This document shows, piece after piece, positions 21,455 to 32,303 of a stretch of DNA of 60,032 nt. Made by a program: the position numbers and the translations under genes. The DNA lies in IMG/VR virus record IMGVR_UViG_3300024259_000033, positions 1 through 60,032 of that record; one strand, 5' to 3'. Numbering within the stretch: the stretch's first letter is position 1; each line of letters opens with the position of its first letter. This DNA comes from a virus (Duplodnaviria > Caudoviricetes). The notes under the pieces are model-generated. The model saw nothing but the letters and a program-made list of their open reading frames with translations, was not told the DNA's origin and made no database searches.

Positions 21455-21900
21455 TGGTCTTTACCAACTAGAGTACCAAAATCAAAAGCTTTTCTATGAT
21501 ATGTGTTTAGGTCTTTTTCAAATTTTGCATCTAAGTAATCTACGGTTGTTTTTAAAGCCTTTAAATAATTGGCTTTAGATGATTGGTTCCAATCTTGCTC
21601 ATTATAATCTAATCTTAAATTATCTATATCTGCAAGAAGTTGTGCAACCCAAGTACTTCGCATCCCTGATGCCAATACTTCTATTTCATTTTGAGTGATA
21701 TCTTCATCAAAATACCATTCTTCTTCTTCTTCGTTATAAGTCATTGTTAAGTCAATATCAGGTCGTATAAAATTAAAAATTGCTGTATTAAGCAATTTTA
21801 TCCAAGAAGACTTGGCAACTGAAATATCAGCTTCAGTCACCCAATCATATTCTTTTACTTGACTTAAGAATTTACTATAAACAGTTGTTGCTGCAATCAT
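21451..21900 (-). CDS. Putative head-tail adaptor
   Basis: 149-aa helical protein two genes after the capsid gene, GGAGG RBS. Confidence 0.55.
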   Translation of the reverse strand: MIAATTVYSKFLSQVKEYDWVTEADISVAKSSWIKLLNTAIFNFIRPDIDLTMTYNEEEEEWYFDEDITQNEIEVLASGMRSTWVAQLLADIDNLRLDYNEQDWNQSSKANYLKALKTTVDYLDAKFEKDLNTYHRKAFDFGTLVGKDQ

Positions 21901-21915
21901 AGTATATTCCTCCTT

Positions 21916-22404
21916 TTATTGTGCAGATAATGGATCTTCCATAGATTCCTCTAAGGCTACTGCTTTTAATATATCCACATCACAATATTTCTTTAGACTA
22001 TTTACAATATTTATACCAGTCATTTTTTGTTTTCTAGCAATATTTACTGTTTCATCCAGTGTGCTTTGTGAAGCATTTTCTAAGAATTTATCTAATTGTA
22101 ATTTAGAACCTTTAAGTTTTTTTTCAATATCCTGTAAATCAGCAACAATCCTATTAGATTTTGGATCATCTTCATCAATTATCATAAGCTGTTTTTCAAA
22201 TTCTACATCATTAAGAATTTTCAAAAACCCTTCTTTAAATAACTTCATAACTCCGCCTTCGTATATAGCTTCATCCATAATCTCTTTGGAAATCTGACGT
22301 ACCATGCCAGGCATGAATTTAAAACTTACATGCCTTGCAGGTACTCCAAACCATACTATTCCACTCGAAAAACTCTTTATTTTTACTTTTTCACTCATTT
22401 CCAT
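21916..22404 (-). CDS. Hypothetical protein
   Basis: ORF with RBS directly after the major capsid gene. Confidence 0.65.
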   Translation of the reverse strand: MEMSEKVKIKSFSSGIVWFGVPARHVSFKFMPGMVRQISKEIMDEAIYEGGVMKLFKEGFLKILNDVEFEKQLMIIDEDDPKSNRIVADLQDIEKKLKGSKLQLDKFLENASQSTLDETVNIARKQKMTGINIVNSLKKYCDVDILKAVALEESMEDPLSAQ

Positions 22405-22444
22405 TTTGGTACTCTCCTTTTACTCTAAACTTTAAAATTTAATC

Positions 22445-23485
22445 TTATGATAAAGAACTAAATCCAGTTCCAGTAAGATCACTGTTCTGGTATATTCCCC
22501 AACTATGAACTGCGCCTACAACAGCAACACTCATTTTTTTATAAGCTTGAATTTCAATACCTCTATCTCTATTCTTGAATTCATCAACAATTGTATTGCC
22601 TTCAAATCCAACATAAACTACTTTTTCTTTTCCAGCTGGCATTACATAAGCGATGCCTGGATCCATTACAAAAGCAGTATTTAATGCATCTGTAACCGAT
22701 TGTGGTAATACAACTACAGGATAGCTTTTGAATTTACCAATATATCCTTTTTCTCTAACATCAATCATATCTTGATTAGGAAGGAAAGCTGTAGTAGTAG
22801 AACCAAATGTCATAACGTTAGACATTGTTGCTGCAAATTGTGGTGCACAGTAAATTATAGGACTTCCGTATGCAGATATAACTTGACACATTGCCAACAT
22901 ATTTGCATCACTAAATCCAGCTGCAGTTAACTTATTAGCGGCTGGTCTAGCTGCTGCTGACCAAGATTCCCTTAATGCTAACTGTACTAATTCATACACT
23001 TTATCTGTAATTCCTTCAATAAGTATATCATAAACGTCACCAAGATCTTCTTTGCCACTTAGATAACGTTCAAAATCAACTTCAATACCTCCACCATAAG
23101 CGAATGGTGTAATATTAACTTCTGCACTATCTAAACGGAATGTTTCCGCTTGACCAGCAGGTGTAATACGTGTTACAAATTGCTTACCACGTAATTTACC
23201 AAGTTTTCTTTTAAAAGTAACTTTTTGTCCATGTCCTACTGTTTGAACATCAGCGAACGCAGAGAAAGCTGCTAATACTTTAGTTGGAACAATATCATCG
23301 ATTGCTTCTTGTAGCAATTCGAAAAATTCTAATTTATTTCTACGAAATAGATTATAGTTTCCAACTAGCTTGTTTAACTCATCACGTAATGCGCTTTCAG
23401 TATCTACTTTTTTATCAGCAAATTCTGTAGGCACTGTTCCGTGAGAAACATGTTTCAATAAATTTTTAATTAATTTTGTATCCAT
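22445..23485 (-). CDS. Major capsid protein (HK97 fold)
   Basis: 346 aa, order portal-protease-decoration-MCP, very strong RBS (GAGGAGG). YIGKFKSYPVVVLPQS motif. Confidence 0.85.
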   Translation of the reverse strand: MDTKLIKNLLKHVSHGTVPTEFADKKVDTESALRDELNKLVGNYNLFRRNKLEFFELLQEAIDDIVPTKVLAAFSAFADVQTVGHGQKVTFKRKLGKLRGKQFVTRITPAGQAETFRLDSAEVNITPFAYGGGIEVDFERYLSGKEDLGDVYDILIEGITDKVYELVQLALRESWSAAARPAANKLTAAGFSDANMLAMCQVISAYGSPIIYCAPQFAATMSNVMTFGSTTTAFLPNQDMIDVREKGYIGKFKSYPVVVLPQSVTDALNTAFVMDPGIAYVMPAGKEKVVYVGFEGNTIVDEFKNRDRGIEIQAYKKMSVAVVGAVHSWGIYQNSDLTGTGFSSLS

Positions 23486-23496
23486 TATTCCTCCTC

Positions 23497-24045
23497 TTAG
23501 CCTACTGCTAATATTTGTATTTTTATTCCCTCTGTTCCATCAGGCATTGTGTAATATTTTACAACTTTACCATAAGTAACTGACGAACCAACAGCATCGG
23601 CCAATGTAGGTACTCCTGAAATACCAGGTACTACATAAACTTCAGTGTCTAATGCTCCTAAAGCTGCTACTACAGCTGCTTCATCTGCATAAGAAGCCGT
23701 ATCAAACGAGAAGCAATTTGTTGTATATCTATCATTTACACCCAATGGGTATAAACGTGGATACTGCCCTCCGATTTGATAAAAATTCTCTAATCCTTGC
23801 TCAAATTGATTGTATAAAGCTTCGCTTGTTGCAACTAAGCTTAATCCTTTTGAAGTAACTGCTGGTAAAAAAACTGCTTCGTTAGCCATGTCATATTGTA
23901 ACCACATCCCATTTTCGCATTTTACAGTCAAAAATTCTGTAGCATCTAAAGGTAATTGTGATAAAATAAGTCCATTCTTTGCAGAATTGACAGCATTTTT
24001 TTCAACCATTCCATAGCCTGCTATTCCATAACGTGTTATAGCCAT
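23497..24045 (-). CDS. Capsid decoration/structural protein
   Basis: 182 aa between the protease/scaffold and MCP genes. ENGM and MPDG motifs. Confidence 0.6.
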   Translation of the reverse strand: MAITRYGIAGYGMVEKNAVNSAKNGLILSQLPLDATEFLTVKCENGMWLQYDMANEAVFLPAVTSKGLSLVATSEALYNQFEQGLENFYQIGGQYPRLYPLGVNDRYTTNCFSFDTASYADEAAVVAALGALDTEVYVVPGISGVPTLADAVGSSVTYGKVVKYYTMPDGTEGIKIQILAVG

Positions 24046-24085
24046 TAATTATATCCTCCTATAATTATTTTATTTATTTGTTTTA

Positions 24086-25510
24086 TTAATCCTCAACCAC
24101 ATATTTATTTAAATATGATACGATTGTTTTTGGTGTTTCATCTCCGTCATTTTTCTTAAATGTACTAGCTGGTGTTTTTTCATCATCAAAATCTACCAAT
24201 CCATTTTTTTCAACGAATAAGCTTGCTAATTCTTTTTTAACTTCTGCTTTTGTAAAATCAGCAATATTGTCTTGTATTGATTTCATTTCTTCTTCAGATA
24301 AGACACCGCTATAATTTTTAATTATTTCTTGTTTTTCAGCAAGTTCTCTTGTTTTAACTTCTGTTTCTAAAACATCAATATGAGCTTTCATCTTACTAAA
24401 AATTTCTAAGAAGTTATCTGGTAATGCACCAGCTTCTTCTAATTGAGATGTAAAATCTACAATCTGTTTTTCTTTTTCAGAAATTGTTATTACATTAGCC
24501 GCCAATGTTTCTGCATCACCTGCTAATCTTTCATTAACTTCTGTATAACTATCTAATTTAAAAGTTTCAGTGATTTCTGCTTTAGCAGCAATCTCCTCTA
24601 CACTCAAACTATATAATTCAACTTCAACCTTACCTATGATTTTAATTTTACCTTCTTCTTCTGTAAAACTAACTTGATAGAATTTGTCTTCATCATATTT
24701 ATAAGCTATACATATGTTATCTTTTATACCATTAATGGCAAAAGATACAAATCCTTCAGACTCATACTTCTCATTTAATGCGTTAAATAATGCAGAATAT
24801 ACTTCGCTGTCTTTTAGATTAAATTTAATTGCTTTTGGCATTTCTTCTCCTCCTATTTTTTCTTTTTCATTCGTTAACAATATATCTTTTTTATATTGTT
24901 CTTTAAGTTGGAATAATTTGCTAATTACTTCAGTATCATTCTCAGCTGTCTTTTTACTATAAAAAGCAGAGCCAATAAACGCTGGGTCAACTTCATCCCC
25001 TAATACACATAATCCTGTAAACATAGCGTAACTATAAATATAAAACAACTCTCCATCCACCATACTCCATTTACCTTCGATAGTATATGGTTCTAATTCC
25101 ATAGATTGCTGTTTACCTACGATTAACTTTGCTTCTTCATATCTGCCAGTCCATAAATGAACATCAAAACATGCATAAATCCTTTCAACTCCATCTTTGT
25201 CTAAATGTGTTTCCCATTCAAAGTTGTAGTTTTCAGGTACATACCCATATCCTTGAGTGCCCTCAGTAGGATGACCATAGTGATCTGTGTAATCAAATTT
25301 CTCATGATCGAAGAAGCCTACTATAGGAGTGCCTACTATCTGATCAATTAGCATTGTAGCTACTTCATCAGTAATATAACTTCTATTAGGATTCGCTCCT
25401 CGATAAAAAGCTCTTAGTCTAGCTTTTGAAATTAAAGGATTATCAGTTGATGATAAATCCGTAATAGTTGTGGTAAATATAGTTGGTACTCTTGCTAAAT
25501 TATTTCCCAT
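24086..25510 (-). CDS. Prohead protease/scaffold protein
   Basis: N-terminal protease-like domain (GANPNRSYI, PIVG, DH, QSMEL, GLCVLG..V.PAF) and an acidic coiled-coil scaffold C-terminus. Confidence 0.8.
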   Translation of the reverse strand: MGNNLARVPTIFTTTITDLSSTDNPLISKARLRAFYRGANPNRSYITDEVATMLIDQIVGTPIVGFFDHEKFDYTDHYGHPTEGTQGYGYVPENYNFEWETHLDKDGVERIYACFDVHLWTGRYEEAKLIVGKQQSMELEPYTIEGKWSMVDGELFYIYSYAMFTGLCVLGDEVDPAFIGSAFYSKKTAENDTEVISKLFQLKEQYKKDILLTNEKEKIGGEEMPKAIKFNLKDSEVYSALFNALNEKYESEGFVSFAINGIKDNICIAYKYDEDKFYQVSFTEEEGKIKIIGKVEVELYSLSVEEIAAKAEITETFKLDSYTEVNERLAGDAETLAANVITISEKEKQIVDFTSQLEEAGALPDNFLEIFSKMKAHIDVLETEVKTRELAEKQEIIKNYSGVLSEEEMKSIQDNIADFTKAEVKKELASLFVEKNGLVDFDDEKTPASTFKKNDGDETPKTIVSYLNKYVVED

Positions 25511-25520
25511 CTTTACCCTC

Positions 25521-27077
25521 CTATTCTTTATTGTTCTCTAGTGTGCGCTGGTCTTTCTCATTATCTTCTAAAGTTTTCCTTCCGCCACTATTATTTTTGT
25601 TGCCGTTTTCACCATTTTGTTCACCTTTTTCATCTACTTTTTTAGAAGAATCTCCATCTTGTGTATGAGAAGATTGAAGTGGTAACAATGTGCTAGGTAA
25701 ATCTAAAATAACGTTTTCTAGATATTGTAATCCAACCATTCTACTCTGTGGTGTACCTTTAGCAACAGATACAATTAGCTTATCAAAACCAAATTGAGCA
25801 GTCTTTAAGTATGTATCAATCATCTCTTTTTGATTCTGTAATGTAACAGGTAAGATCTCAACATCAAAATCAAATTTATTTGTGCCAAAGCGTTGATTAA
25901 TTTGATATCCAAGCCAATCACTAATTTGTTTAACCATATGCCACATAATAGATGTATCTTTATTAACTGAATATTTTAAGGCATTACTTCCTGTTGCATT
26001 AAATATATTTGAACTAATGCCTGTTTTATCATAAATAGCTCTTTTATACTTTTCAGTATTATCCTGTGAAGCCTGTGTTGAACTATCAAAAGTTTCTAAT
26101 TTAATCTGTCCTGGTGTCATAGCTACATCTACATCAGGATTTTCAGAAAATGCTGCACCTAGGGCCGCATGTAACTCAGCCATTTCTGGCAAAGTGTAAA
26201 CCGATTTTCCTGATTTAGTATCAAATGGCATTTCTTGAATAAGTAAATTCTTTAAATTCTTTTCATCTCTATTTGTTTCTCTCTCTTCAGAAAAATCATA
26301 TTGTAATGTACTTGGTATAGAACCAATAAAGAAAGGTACTTTATCTTCAAAATAAAATGCCATTCCCATTTTAGATGATACTAAATACCATTTATTCTCT
26401 TCTGTTTTAGTATTACTATATTTATTATAAGCTTTTTGTATATCTTTCGGATAGCTATTTAAAGATTCTTTACGTTTAGTATTGTCCCTAATTGTATCAA
26501 AATAAGCCATATTTAATTCAACTAAATTAATATTATTATCATTTTTATAATATGTTCTACAATAACCATAAGGTAAATCTTGTATCGCATATCCATCAGT
26601 GAATTCCCTAAATAAACCAAAATAAATCCCATTTTTTAATATTGTAGCTACTATATGTTGACATTCACTATTTAAAAATGTCCTGTCCATAAAGTAACAC
26701 GCCGCATTATAGGCCTTTGTAAATTTTACATCATTTACTTTATCTATATCTAACATAAATGGAGTTAAATGCATATAATATAATAACAATGAACTATAAT
26801 AATTAATGCTTGATTTATATATACCACTAGTACGATAATAATGTTGTGATAATAAAACTAAATCAGCAGGATTACCACTTTGGATACTCTGATATATTTC
26901 TTCTAATGTATATGATTCACGTACAATATTATTTAATGAAGAAGTAGTATCTGTACTCTTAGTACTAGTAGCAACTAAAGCTTCTTTATATTTAGCGAAA
27001 TCTTCTTTTGTATTAATTTTATCTGGCTCAACTCTCCTTCTATTAAAACCAAATAATCTATTTCGTTTTTCTTCCAT
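25521..27077 (-). CDS. Portal protein
   Basis: 518 aa immediately after the terminase large subunit, with a charged C-terminal tail. Confidence 0.85.
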   Translation of the reverse strand: MEEKRNRLFGFNRRRVEPDKINTKEDFAKYKEALVATSTKSTDTTSSLNNIVRESYTLEEIYQSIQSGNPADLVLLSQHYYRTSGIYKSSINYYSSLLLYYMHLTPFMLDIDKVNDVKFTKAYNAACYFMDRTFLNSECQHIVATILKNGIYFGLFREFTDGYAIQDLPYGYCRTYYKNDNNINLVELNMAYFDTIRDNTKRKESLNSYPKDIQKAYNKYSNTKTEENKWYLVSSKMGMAFYFEDKVPFFIGSIPSTLQYDFSEERETNRDEKNLKNLLIQEMPFDTKSGKSVYTLPEMAELHAALGAAFSENPDVDVAMTPGQIKLETFDSSTQASQDNTEKYKRAIYDKTGISSNIFNATGSNALKYSVNKDTSIMWHMVKQISDWLGYQINQRFGTNKFDFDVEILPVTLQNQKEMIDTYLKTAQFGFDKLIVSVAKGTPQSRMVGLQYLENVILDLPSTLLPLQSSHTQDGDSSKKVDEKGEQNGENGNKNNSGGRKTLEDNEKDQRTLENNKE

Positions 27078-28906
27078 TAATTCCTCCTATTTGTAGTTTG
27101 TCTATGTCGTGAATCGTTACGTATTCTATCAGCTTTACCTGTACTAAACATAACATATTCGCCCATTTGCTGTTGTTCTCTACGTTTCCTTTTATAATAT
27201 TCCTCTTCATAATGCTTTATTCTATATAATCCCATTTCAAATGCAGAAAATTTATCCTTTCCTAAACGACTAGAAATTTTCTCTACACTAATATTTGAAA
27301 TTTCAGGTTTTACTTTTAAATTCAACAACTCATCAACAAAACGAGATGTCATTTCATAAGGCATTAAAAATCGATTTCTTTCTATATAAGACATTTTTTG
27401 TCCTTTTTTAGTACCAAGTAATTTTGCCCTAGCCACACGATCGGAAATTAATAATCCAACATGACCACTATTAATTTGTGTATAACAATTACCATGCATT
27501 TGACTATTTATATCAGCTGTAGCCTTTAAAATATATAATATCTTTGGTGCTGAATCTGGTATTAATCCTCTATATTTATCATCATCATCATTTATAATTC
27601 CCATCGGTCCTAATAACTGACCAGTAACATCACATATAGTTGGAATAATTAAAAAGTCAACTAATCCCGCACCAACTCCATTACCATCTAAAGTAACTTC
27701 TCTTACTTCAAATTCTTTAGCTATGCGTTTAATTTGTGCAGATTGTATTAGAAAATGTGAATCTGTTGTAACAATAATATTTACTATCTTTTTATAAAAG
27801 CTATCGCCTTGTGGATAATTTTTAAACACGAAAATAGCAGTTTGATTATCAAATCTACCTACATCTACACTAATAGTGTAAAAGACATCTGGGTTTGATA
27901 TAACTTTTTGAGCCTTGAATTCAGCTCGTACAACACGTCTATGTCGCGATACTTTATCTTCTTTAAACCATGAATCATCACTTGCGCCAGTCCATCTACT
28001 TAAATATTCTCTAGCAAAAGAATCTTCTTTATAAGTACTAGACATACGTATTTCATTAACATACTTTTTACTTAATAATCCATGTCTAACAGGAATTCTA
28101 TAATCTCCTCCCCATATAAAAGCAGATGATGGATTTACTATCGAAGTAATTAATAAATCAATTAGCCGTTCATATGCATATGTAGATTTTGACCCAGCCG
28201 TAGTTACATAAATCTGTTGTTGATGAGGCTCATTATCGTTCACTAACCCAAGAATATTATGTCTATTAATATTCATTAAAGGTAAAACTACTTCATTAAC
28301 CTTATCTCCATCCATTTTAACTATTTCTTCAAGTATCCCGCCATGACGCCTTCCACCACGCGCACTATCCGCTACGCCAACAACATCAAATAAACTACCA
28401 TTTTTACCTGTCAACTTAACATAATCATTACTCATATTCAATATAAATTCATTCGCTATTATAGGAAATAAATCTATAATTTCAGTTACCTTCTCTTTCG
28501 CTATCTGTACAGCCTGCTTCTTAACTGGTGCACAAATAAATCGTTTACTTCTTGGTAAAAAGATACATGATAACATAGTCGCCAATATAGATAAAAATGA
28601 TTTAGAAAATGCACGTGTAAAAACTGCATAATGATAACGGAATCGCATACATGCTCTAAGAAAGATTCTCTGATAGAAATATAGCGAAAAATGTGAATTT
28701 ACAGGCGTAACCAAATCGATAAATATATCTGGGTAAGCCATAAAGTGATCGAAGTAATTTTCGATAATTTCGCTATTCTCGCGAATAAATGCTTCGGTCA
28801 AAATAGCCCCTTTTTCTAAATCAATACCTTCACGCTGCGGGCGCGCATATGTCTTATTTGTATCAAACATATCAGTATTAGCAGAGTGCATATTTAAACT
28901 ATTCAT
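27077..28906 (-). CDS. terL: Terminase large subunit
   Basis: Walker A-like FTRAFSKSF, ARGGRR and Walker B GGILEE, motif YVTTAG, RNase H-like nuclease ISVDVGR / LDGNGVG / KDKFSA. Confidence 0.93.
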   Translation of the reverse strand: MNSLNMHSANTDMFDTNKTYARPQREGIDLEKGAILTEAFIRENSEIIENYFDHFMAYPDIFIDLVTPVNSHFSLYFYQRIFLRACMRFRYHYAVFTRAFSKSFLSILATMLSCIFLPRSKRFICAPVKKQAVQIAKEKVTEIIDLFPIIANEFILNMSNDYVKLTGKNGSLFDVVGVADSARGGRRHGGILEEIVKMDGDKVNEVVLPLMNINRHNILGLVNDNEPHQQQIYVTTAGSKSTYAYERLIDLLITSIVNPSSAFIWGGDYRIPVRHGLLSKKYVNEIRMSSTYKEDSFAREYLSRWTGASDDSWFKEDKVSRHRRVVRAEFKAQKVISNPDVFYTISVDVGRFDNQTAIFVFKNYPQGDSFYKKIVNIIVTTDSHFLIQSAQIKRIAKEFEVREVTLDGNGVGAGLVDFLIIPTICDVTGQLLGPMGIINDDDDKYRGLIPDSAPKILYILKATADINSQMHGNCYTQINSGHVGLLISDRVARAKLLGTKKGQKMSYIERNRFLMPYEMTSRFVDELLNLKVKPEISNISVEKISSRLGKDKFSAFEMGLYRIKHYEEEYYKRKRREQQQMGEYVMFSTGKADRIRNDSRHRQTTNRRN

Positions 28907-29828
28907 CTAAAATACCATCATCATCAAATTCTATATCCTCAGTAGAGTTAACTCCCGCATCGTACTTCTCCACTTCTTGATTACTAAGTTCAACATCTAA
29001 CCTCTCTATCTTATTCTTTAAATCTATTCTCTCTTTTACTTGCTCTTTAATCCCAGGTTCATTATCTATCAATGAACGTATATACCCCTGTATATTAACT
29101 ATAGTCTCATCTACCACATCCTGTGATTCTCCATTATAAAACTTAGGGTTCCATCCCTTCTTAACTAAAAACATAACTAACTCACCGATAGATTCAAAAT
29201 CACCACTACTAGTTGCATTTTTAGTACTAAATCCCGCACTCTTAATAAGAGCATTATAAGAACTAATTGTATCTTTAAATCCTGTCCCTTCCTTAATCTG
29301 TCTATCAGCAACCAATGCCAATCTACATACTTTTTTAGCTATATCTTTAGTTGTTCCTAAACTAAGGTCTTGTGTATAAATCATATCTTCAAGCAAACGT
29401 TGCATATACTCCATTTCCTCAATAGAATACCCACTACCCCATGTTTTAGTCAACTTCTTAATCTTACCCTTACTCAATGAAGCCAATTTCTCGACTTCCC
29501 TCTCTTCTTCCAAAATCGCATGCCATTGCTTATTCACATCAGTCCAATCTATCTCATGATAAACATCCTTCATCATAAGTTGACCATAAACCATAAGTGC
29601 ATCCATACCGTTAGTTTGATAAAGCGTCATCCATTCATCAGGTGCAAATGGGTAATCTAGCCATTGGCATAGTTTGTCCAGTGAGTGTAAATCATCTCCT
29701 TTTAATTGTACAACCAAACATTTAATGCATATAGTGCTATGCCCACTCGGGAAGAATGGGCTGTGTGTTGGCAAGTATTGTGTTTCAGGTAATAAATTAT
29801 TACATTTATCACATTTATAATTGGTCAT
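28899..29828 (-). CDS. Zn-finger protein, candidate terminase small subunit
   Basis: CxxC...CxxC N-terminus, overlaps the terL start. Confidence 0.5.
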   Translation of the reverse strand: MTNYKCDKCNNLLPETQYLPTHSPFFPSGHSTICIKCLVVQLKGDDLHSLDKLCQWLDYPFAPDEWMTLYQTNGMDALMVYGQLMMKDVYHEIDWTDVNKQWHAILEEEREVEKLASLSKGKIKKLTKTWGSGYSIEEMEYMQRLLEDMIYTQDLSLGTTKDIAKKVCRLALVADRQIKEGTGFKDTISSYNALIKSAGFSTKNATSSGDFESIGELVMFLVKKGWNPKFYNGESQDVVDETIVNIQGYIRSLIDNEPGIKEQVKERIDLKNKIERLDVELSNQEVEKYDAGVNSTEDIEFDDDGILDE

Positions 29829-29854
29829 TTTCCCCTCCTATAGACAAGTAAGTC

Positions 29855-30229
29855 TTATCTACTTATATAATGTGTATTGTACACACTAATACAATTTTGT
29901 GATTCGTCATTTATAATAATGCTCATTTTACCTAGCATTTTAAGTTTAATTTTATTTTCAATTTTAAAAAAATCCCTAGATATCTTTTCGCTATAAAAAC
30001 TATTAATACTATTATATACATCTTCGTCTAATTTTATCCTATCAGGCGCTATTTTCTTATCATTATAATAATTCATATATAGATCTTCTATTACACCAAG
30101 TGTAAGAACAGGTGATAAATTTAAATAATTTATAAATCTATTATTATCACATACTCTTCTCATTTCCTCAATTCTTTCTCTTTCTTCTATTCTCTCATTT
30201 GCTGTTAATAAGTTAATCATCATATTCAC
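29855..30229 (-). CDS. Hypothetical protein
   Basis: ORF coupled to the upstream gene. Shares one repeat unit with 30226-30975. Confidence 0.55.
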   Translation of the reverse strand: MNMMINLLTANERIEERERIEEMRRVCDNNRFINYLNLSPVLTLGVIEDLYMNYYNDKKIAPDRIKLDEDVYNSINSFYSEKISRDFFKIENKIKLKMLGKMSIIINDESQNCISVYNTHYISR

Positions 30230-30975
30230 ACCTTAATGCCCTTACTCTCATATCTTATATCAATCTCAATATTACTACTATTATCCACAACAATATCCAA
30301 ATTAGCAAAACTAACAACATTACAAAGCACATCCATAGACGCTAACTCACGATTATAATACCAATTCAATGCTTCATGCGCTACACTATTTAAATGTACC
30401 ACATTAGGTTCACACTTAAATTTTCTTATAAATCCTTTTTTTGCTCTAATTATTCTCTCTCCAATAGGCTCTTCTCTCTTTTTGAAAATCTTAATAAACT
30501 CTTCCTTATACTCCCCTATAGCAACAATTTCCATATCATAAATAGAGTTTAATTTTTTAGAACATTGGAGACTAAATGCATTTAGACTTTCCTCTTTTAA
30601 ACTCTGTAAATAGGCTAGTATAAGTGGGGTAACCTGAATAGTATCTGCTACTTTACCATAAGTTTTAAAATAGTGAAGTTTCACATCTTTAATGAGGGAG
30701 AGTGATATGTTGTGTATACCCATTCTAGTATTGAAGATTAGTAGTTCTGATTGGTTGTTTGTAGAAGGCGGGCAGACCTTCTTACTCTTCATTTTTTTTC
30801 TCTTCTCTGTCTCATTCGACTCTTTCTTAAAAATTTCTAGTAGTTCAGATAGTGAAGTATCAGCATCTAAACTTTCTGTATCGTTTTCAATACAAAAGAT
30901 ATCTATTGTTTCAGTTGTGGTCTTCTCTTCTATTTCATACCATTTTTTTTCTTTTGTTATTTTTTTCTTTTCCAT
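30226..30975 (-). CDS. Hypothetical protein with two internal repeats
   Basis: AAGGAG RBS. Units IKDVKLHYFKTYGKVADTIQV and IIRAKKGFIRKFKCEPNVVHL. Confidence 0.6.
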   Translation of the reverse strand: MEKKKITKEKKWYEIEEKTTTETIDIFCIENDTESLDADTSLSELLEIFKKESNETEKRKKMKSKKVCPPSTNNQSELLIFNTRMGIHNISLSLIKDVKLHYFKTYGKVADTIQVTPLILAYLQSLKEESLNAFSLQCSKKLNSIYDMEIVAIGEYKEEFIKIFKKREEPIGERIIRAKKGFIRKFKCEPNVVHLNSVAHEALNWYYNRELASMDVLCNVVSFANLDIVVDNSSNIEIDIRYESKGIKV

Positions 30976-30997
30976 TTTGTCTCCTTATATTTATGTA

Positions 30998-32206
30998 TCA
31001 TTTCTTCTTCTCTTCTCTATGTTTTTTATCACAAACTTTACACTGATTGCTCAATCCATCATGATTAGTAGTCTTCTTAACAAAATTCCTCGTATCTTTC
31101 AATTTTTTCTTCCCACAGCTAGAGCAATTCTTCCACTTATTATTGCTTTGTCTAAATAACCATTCATCATAAATCAAATCTGCGGTAACTGCTATCTTCA
31201 TACAAATCTCTTGTTTCCATATCGTACTTATATAATTCACCGAATACGCAAGACCAAACATCATTCGTAATTCATGCTGTATACGCTCATTCGTCCACTT
31301 ATCAATCTTCCTTATAAGTATCTGCATACGTGGAGGAGCAAGTGGCGCTCTCTTAATAGTTTCATCCAATGACCACATAATGTATTTCATTTGACCGTTA
31401 AGATTAGCTTCTGACGATTGACGAAGGAGAGAATAGTTCTCTAATAAGTGATAGACATGGTCAGGGTTATTTAGTTGTAAGCGAGGTGCTGGCTTACCAT
31501 ATTTATCCACGAATGAATCAGATTCCCAGTCGATTGCGGCGGGAGCATTAAAGGTTGTACCCATCGTAAAGCAAGGCGGATGCGCTGAGTCTTTAAGATA
31601 GTATTGATGGCGACGTATATCAATAAGGGTATGTTTCCATTTGTACTTTGTTATATTATCTAAAACAGGTACTGCGGGCCTACCTTCCTCCTCTTCTATT
31701 TTTCCATTATTAACATCTAATATGTATTGCATGCGGTCAATTGTAATCCAAACTTCTTTCATTCCTGGTATATCACCATGATGAGTTTTTGCATTGGTAC
31801 ATATTCCTTCTTTATTTGTATATGGGCGAATTATAGTTTGTTTTGGTTTGGTATATGTATTTCTCTTAATTGGTTTAATTTCTTTTTGGTCGAACATAGG
31901 ATTTTGTAGCAAAGCGTCTAGTGATTCTGGTTGTTTCTTTTTATAGGAATTATGTTTTCCTTCTATTTGAACATTTTTCTTTTGTACCTCATTCTTCTCT
32001 GTTTTCGGGTCTTTACCATATAATATATAGTTAGCTGCCCCTTCTAGTTGTTTAGTGACACTAGTTGATACTCCTAATCCTTTATTAGAGTAATATTCTT
32101 CTAGTGTAGTTATCACATTATCATCTACAATTTTATTGACAAGTGCGGCACGGTCTACATTACTGTATACTCCATAATCTAGTTGTTTCAATATTTGTAA
32201 ATCCAT
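30998..32206 (-). CDS. Conserved phage protein with HTH-like segment and C-terminal Zn finger (possible transcription factor)
   Basis: First gene of the structural operon. QILIRKIDKWTNERIQHEL...YSVNYISTIW and CSSC...CKVC. Confidence 0.55.
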   Translation of the reverse strand: MDLQILKQLDYGVYSNVDRAALVNKIVDDNVITTLEEYYSNKGLGVSTSVTKQLEGAANYILYGKDPKTEKNEVQKKNVQIEGKHNSYKKKQPESLDALLQNPMFDQKEIKPIKRNTYTKPKQTIIRPYTNKEGICTNAKTHHGDIPGMKEVWITIDRMQYILDVNNGKIEEEEGRPAVPVLDNITKYKWKHTLIDIRRHQYYLKDSAHPPCFTMGTTFNAPAAIDWESDSFVDKYGKPAPRLQLNNPDHVYHLLENYSLLRQSSEANLNGQMKYIMWSLDETIKRAPLAPPRMQILIRKIDKWTNERIQHELRMMFGLAYSVNYISTIWKQEICMKIAVTADLIYDEWLFRQSNNKWKNCSSCGKKKLKDTRNFVKKTTNHDGLSNQCKVCDKKHREEKKK

Positions 32207-32274
32207 TTAAAATCTCCTGTGTCATTACACGATGTATTTGTAAACTTTATTATAATAAAGATTACCTTAATTTA

Positions 32275-32303
32275 AGTATAGCATAAAAAGAGTGAAAAGT
32301 CAA
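32275..32303 (-). promoter_or_regulatory. Sigma-A-type promoter for the morphogenesis operon
   Basis: TTGACT-N17-TATACT with extended TG on the minus strand. Confidence 0.75.

Noticed and set aside
346-31909. Plus-strand short ORFs in the track across the structural operon (e.g. 346-561, 7284-7484, 12072-12365, 30692-31159)
   Set aside because: Antisense shadows of long minus-strand genes, with no RBS and atypical composition.
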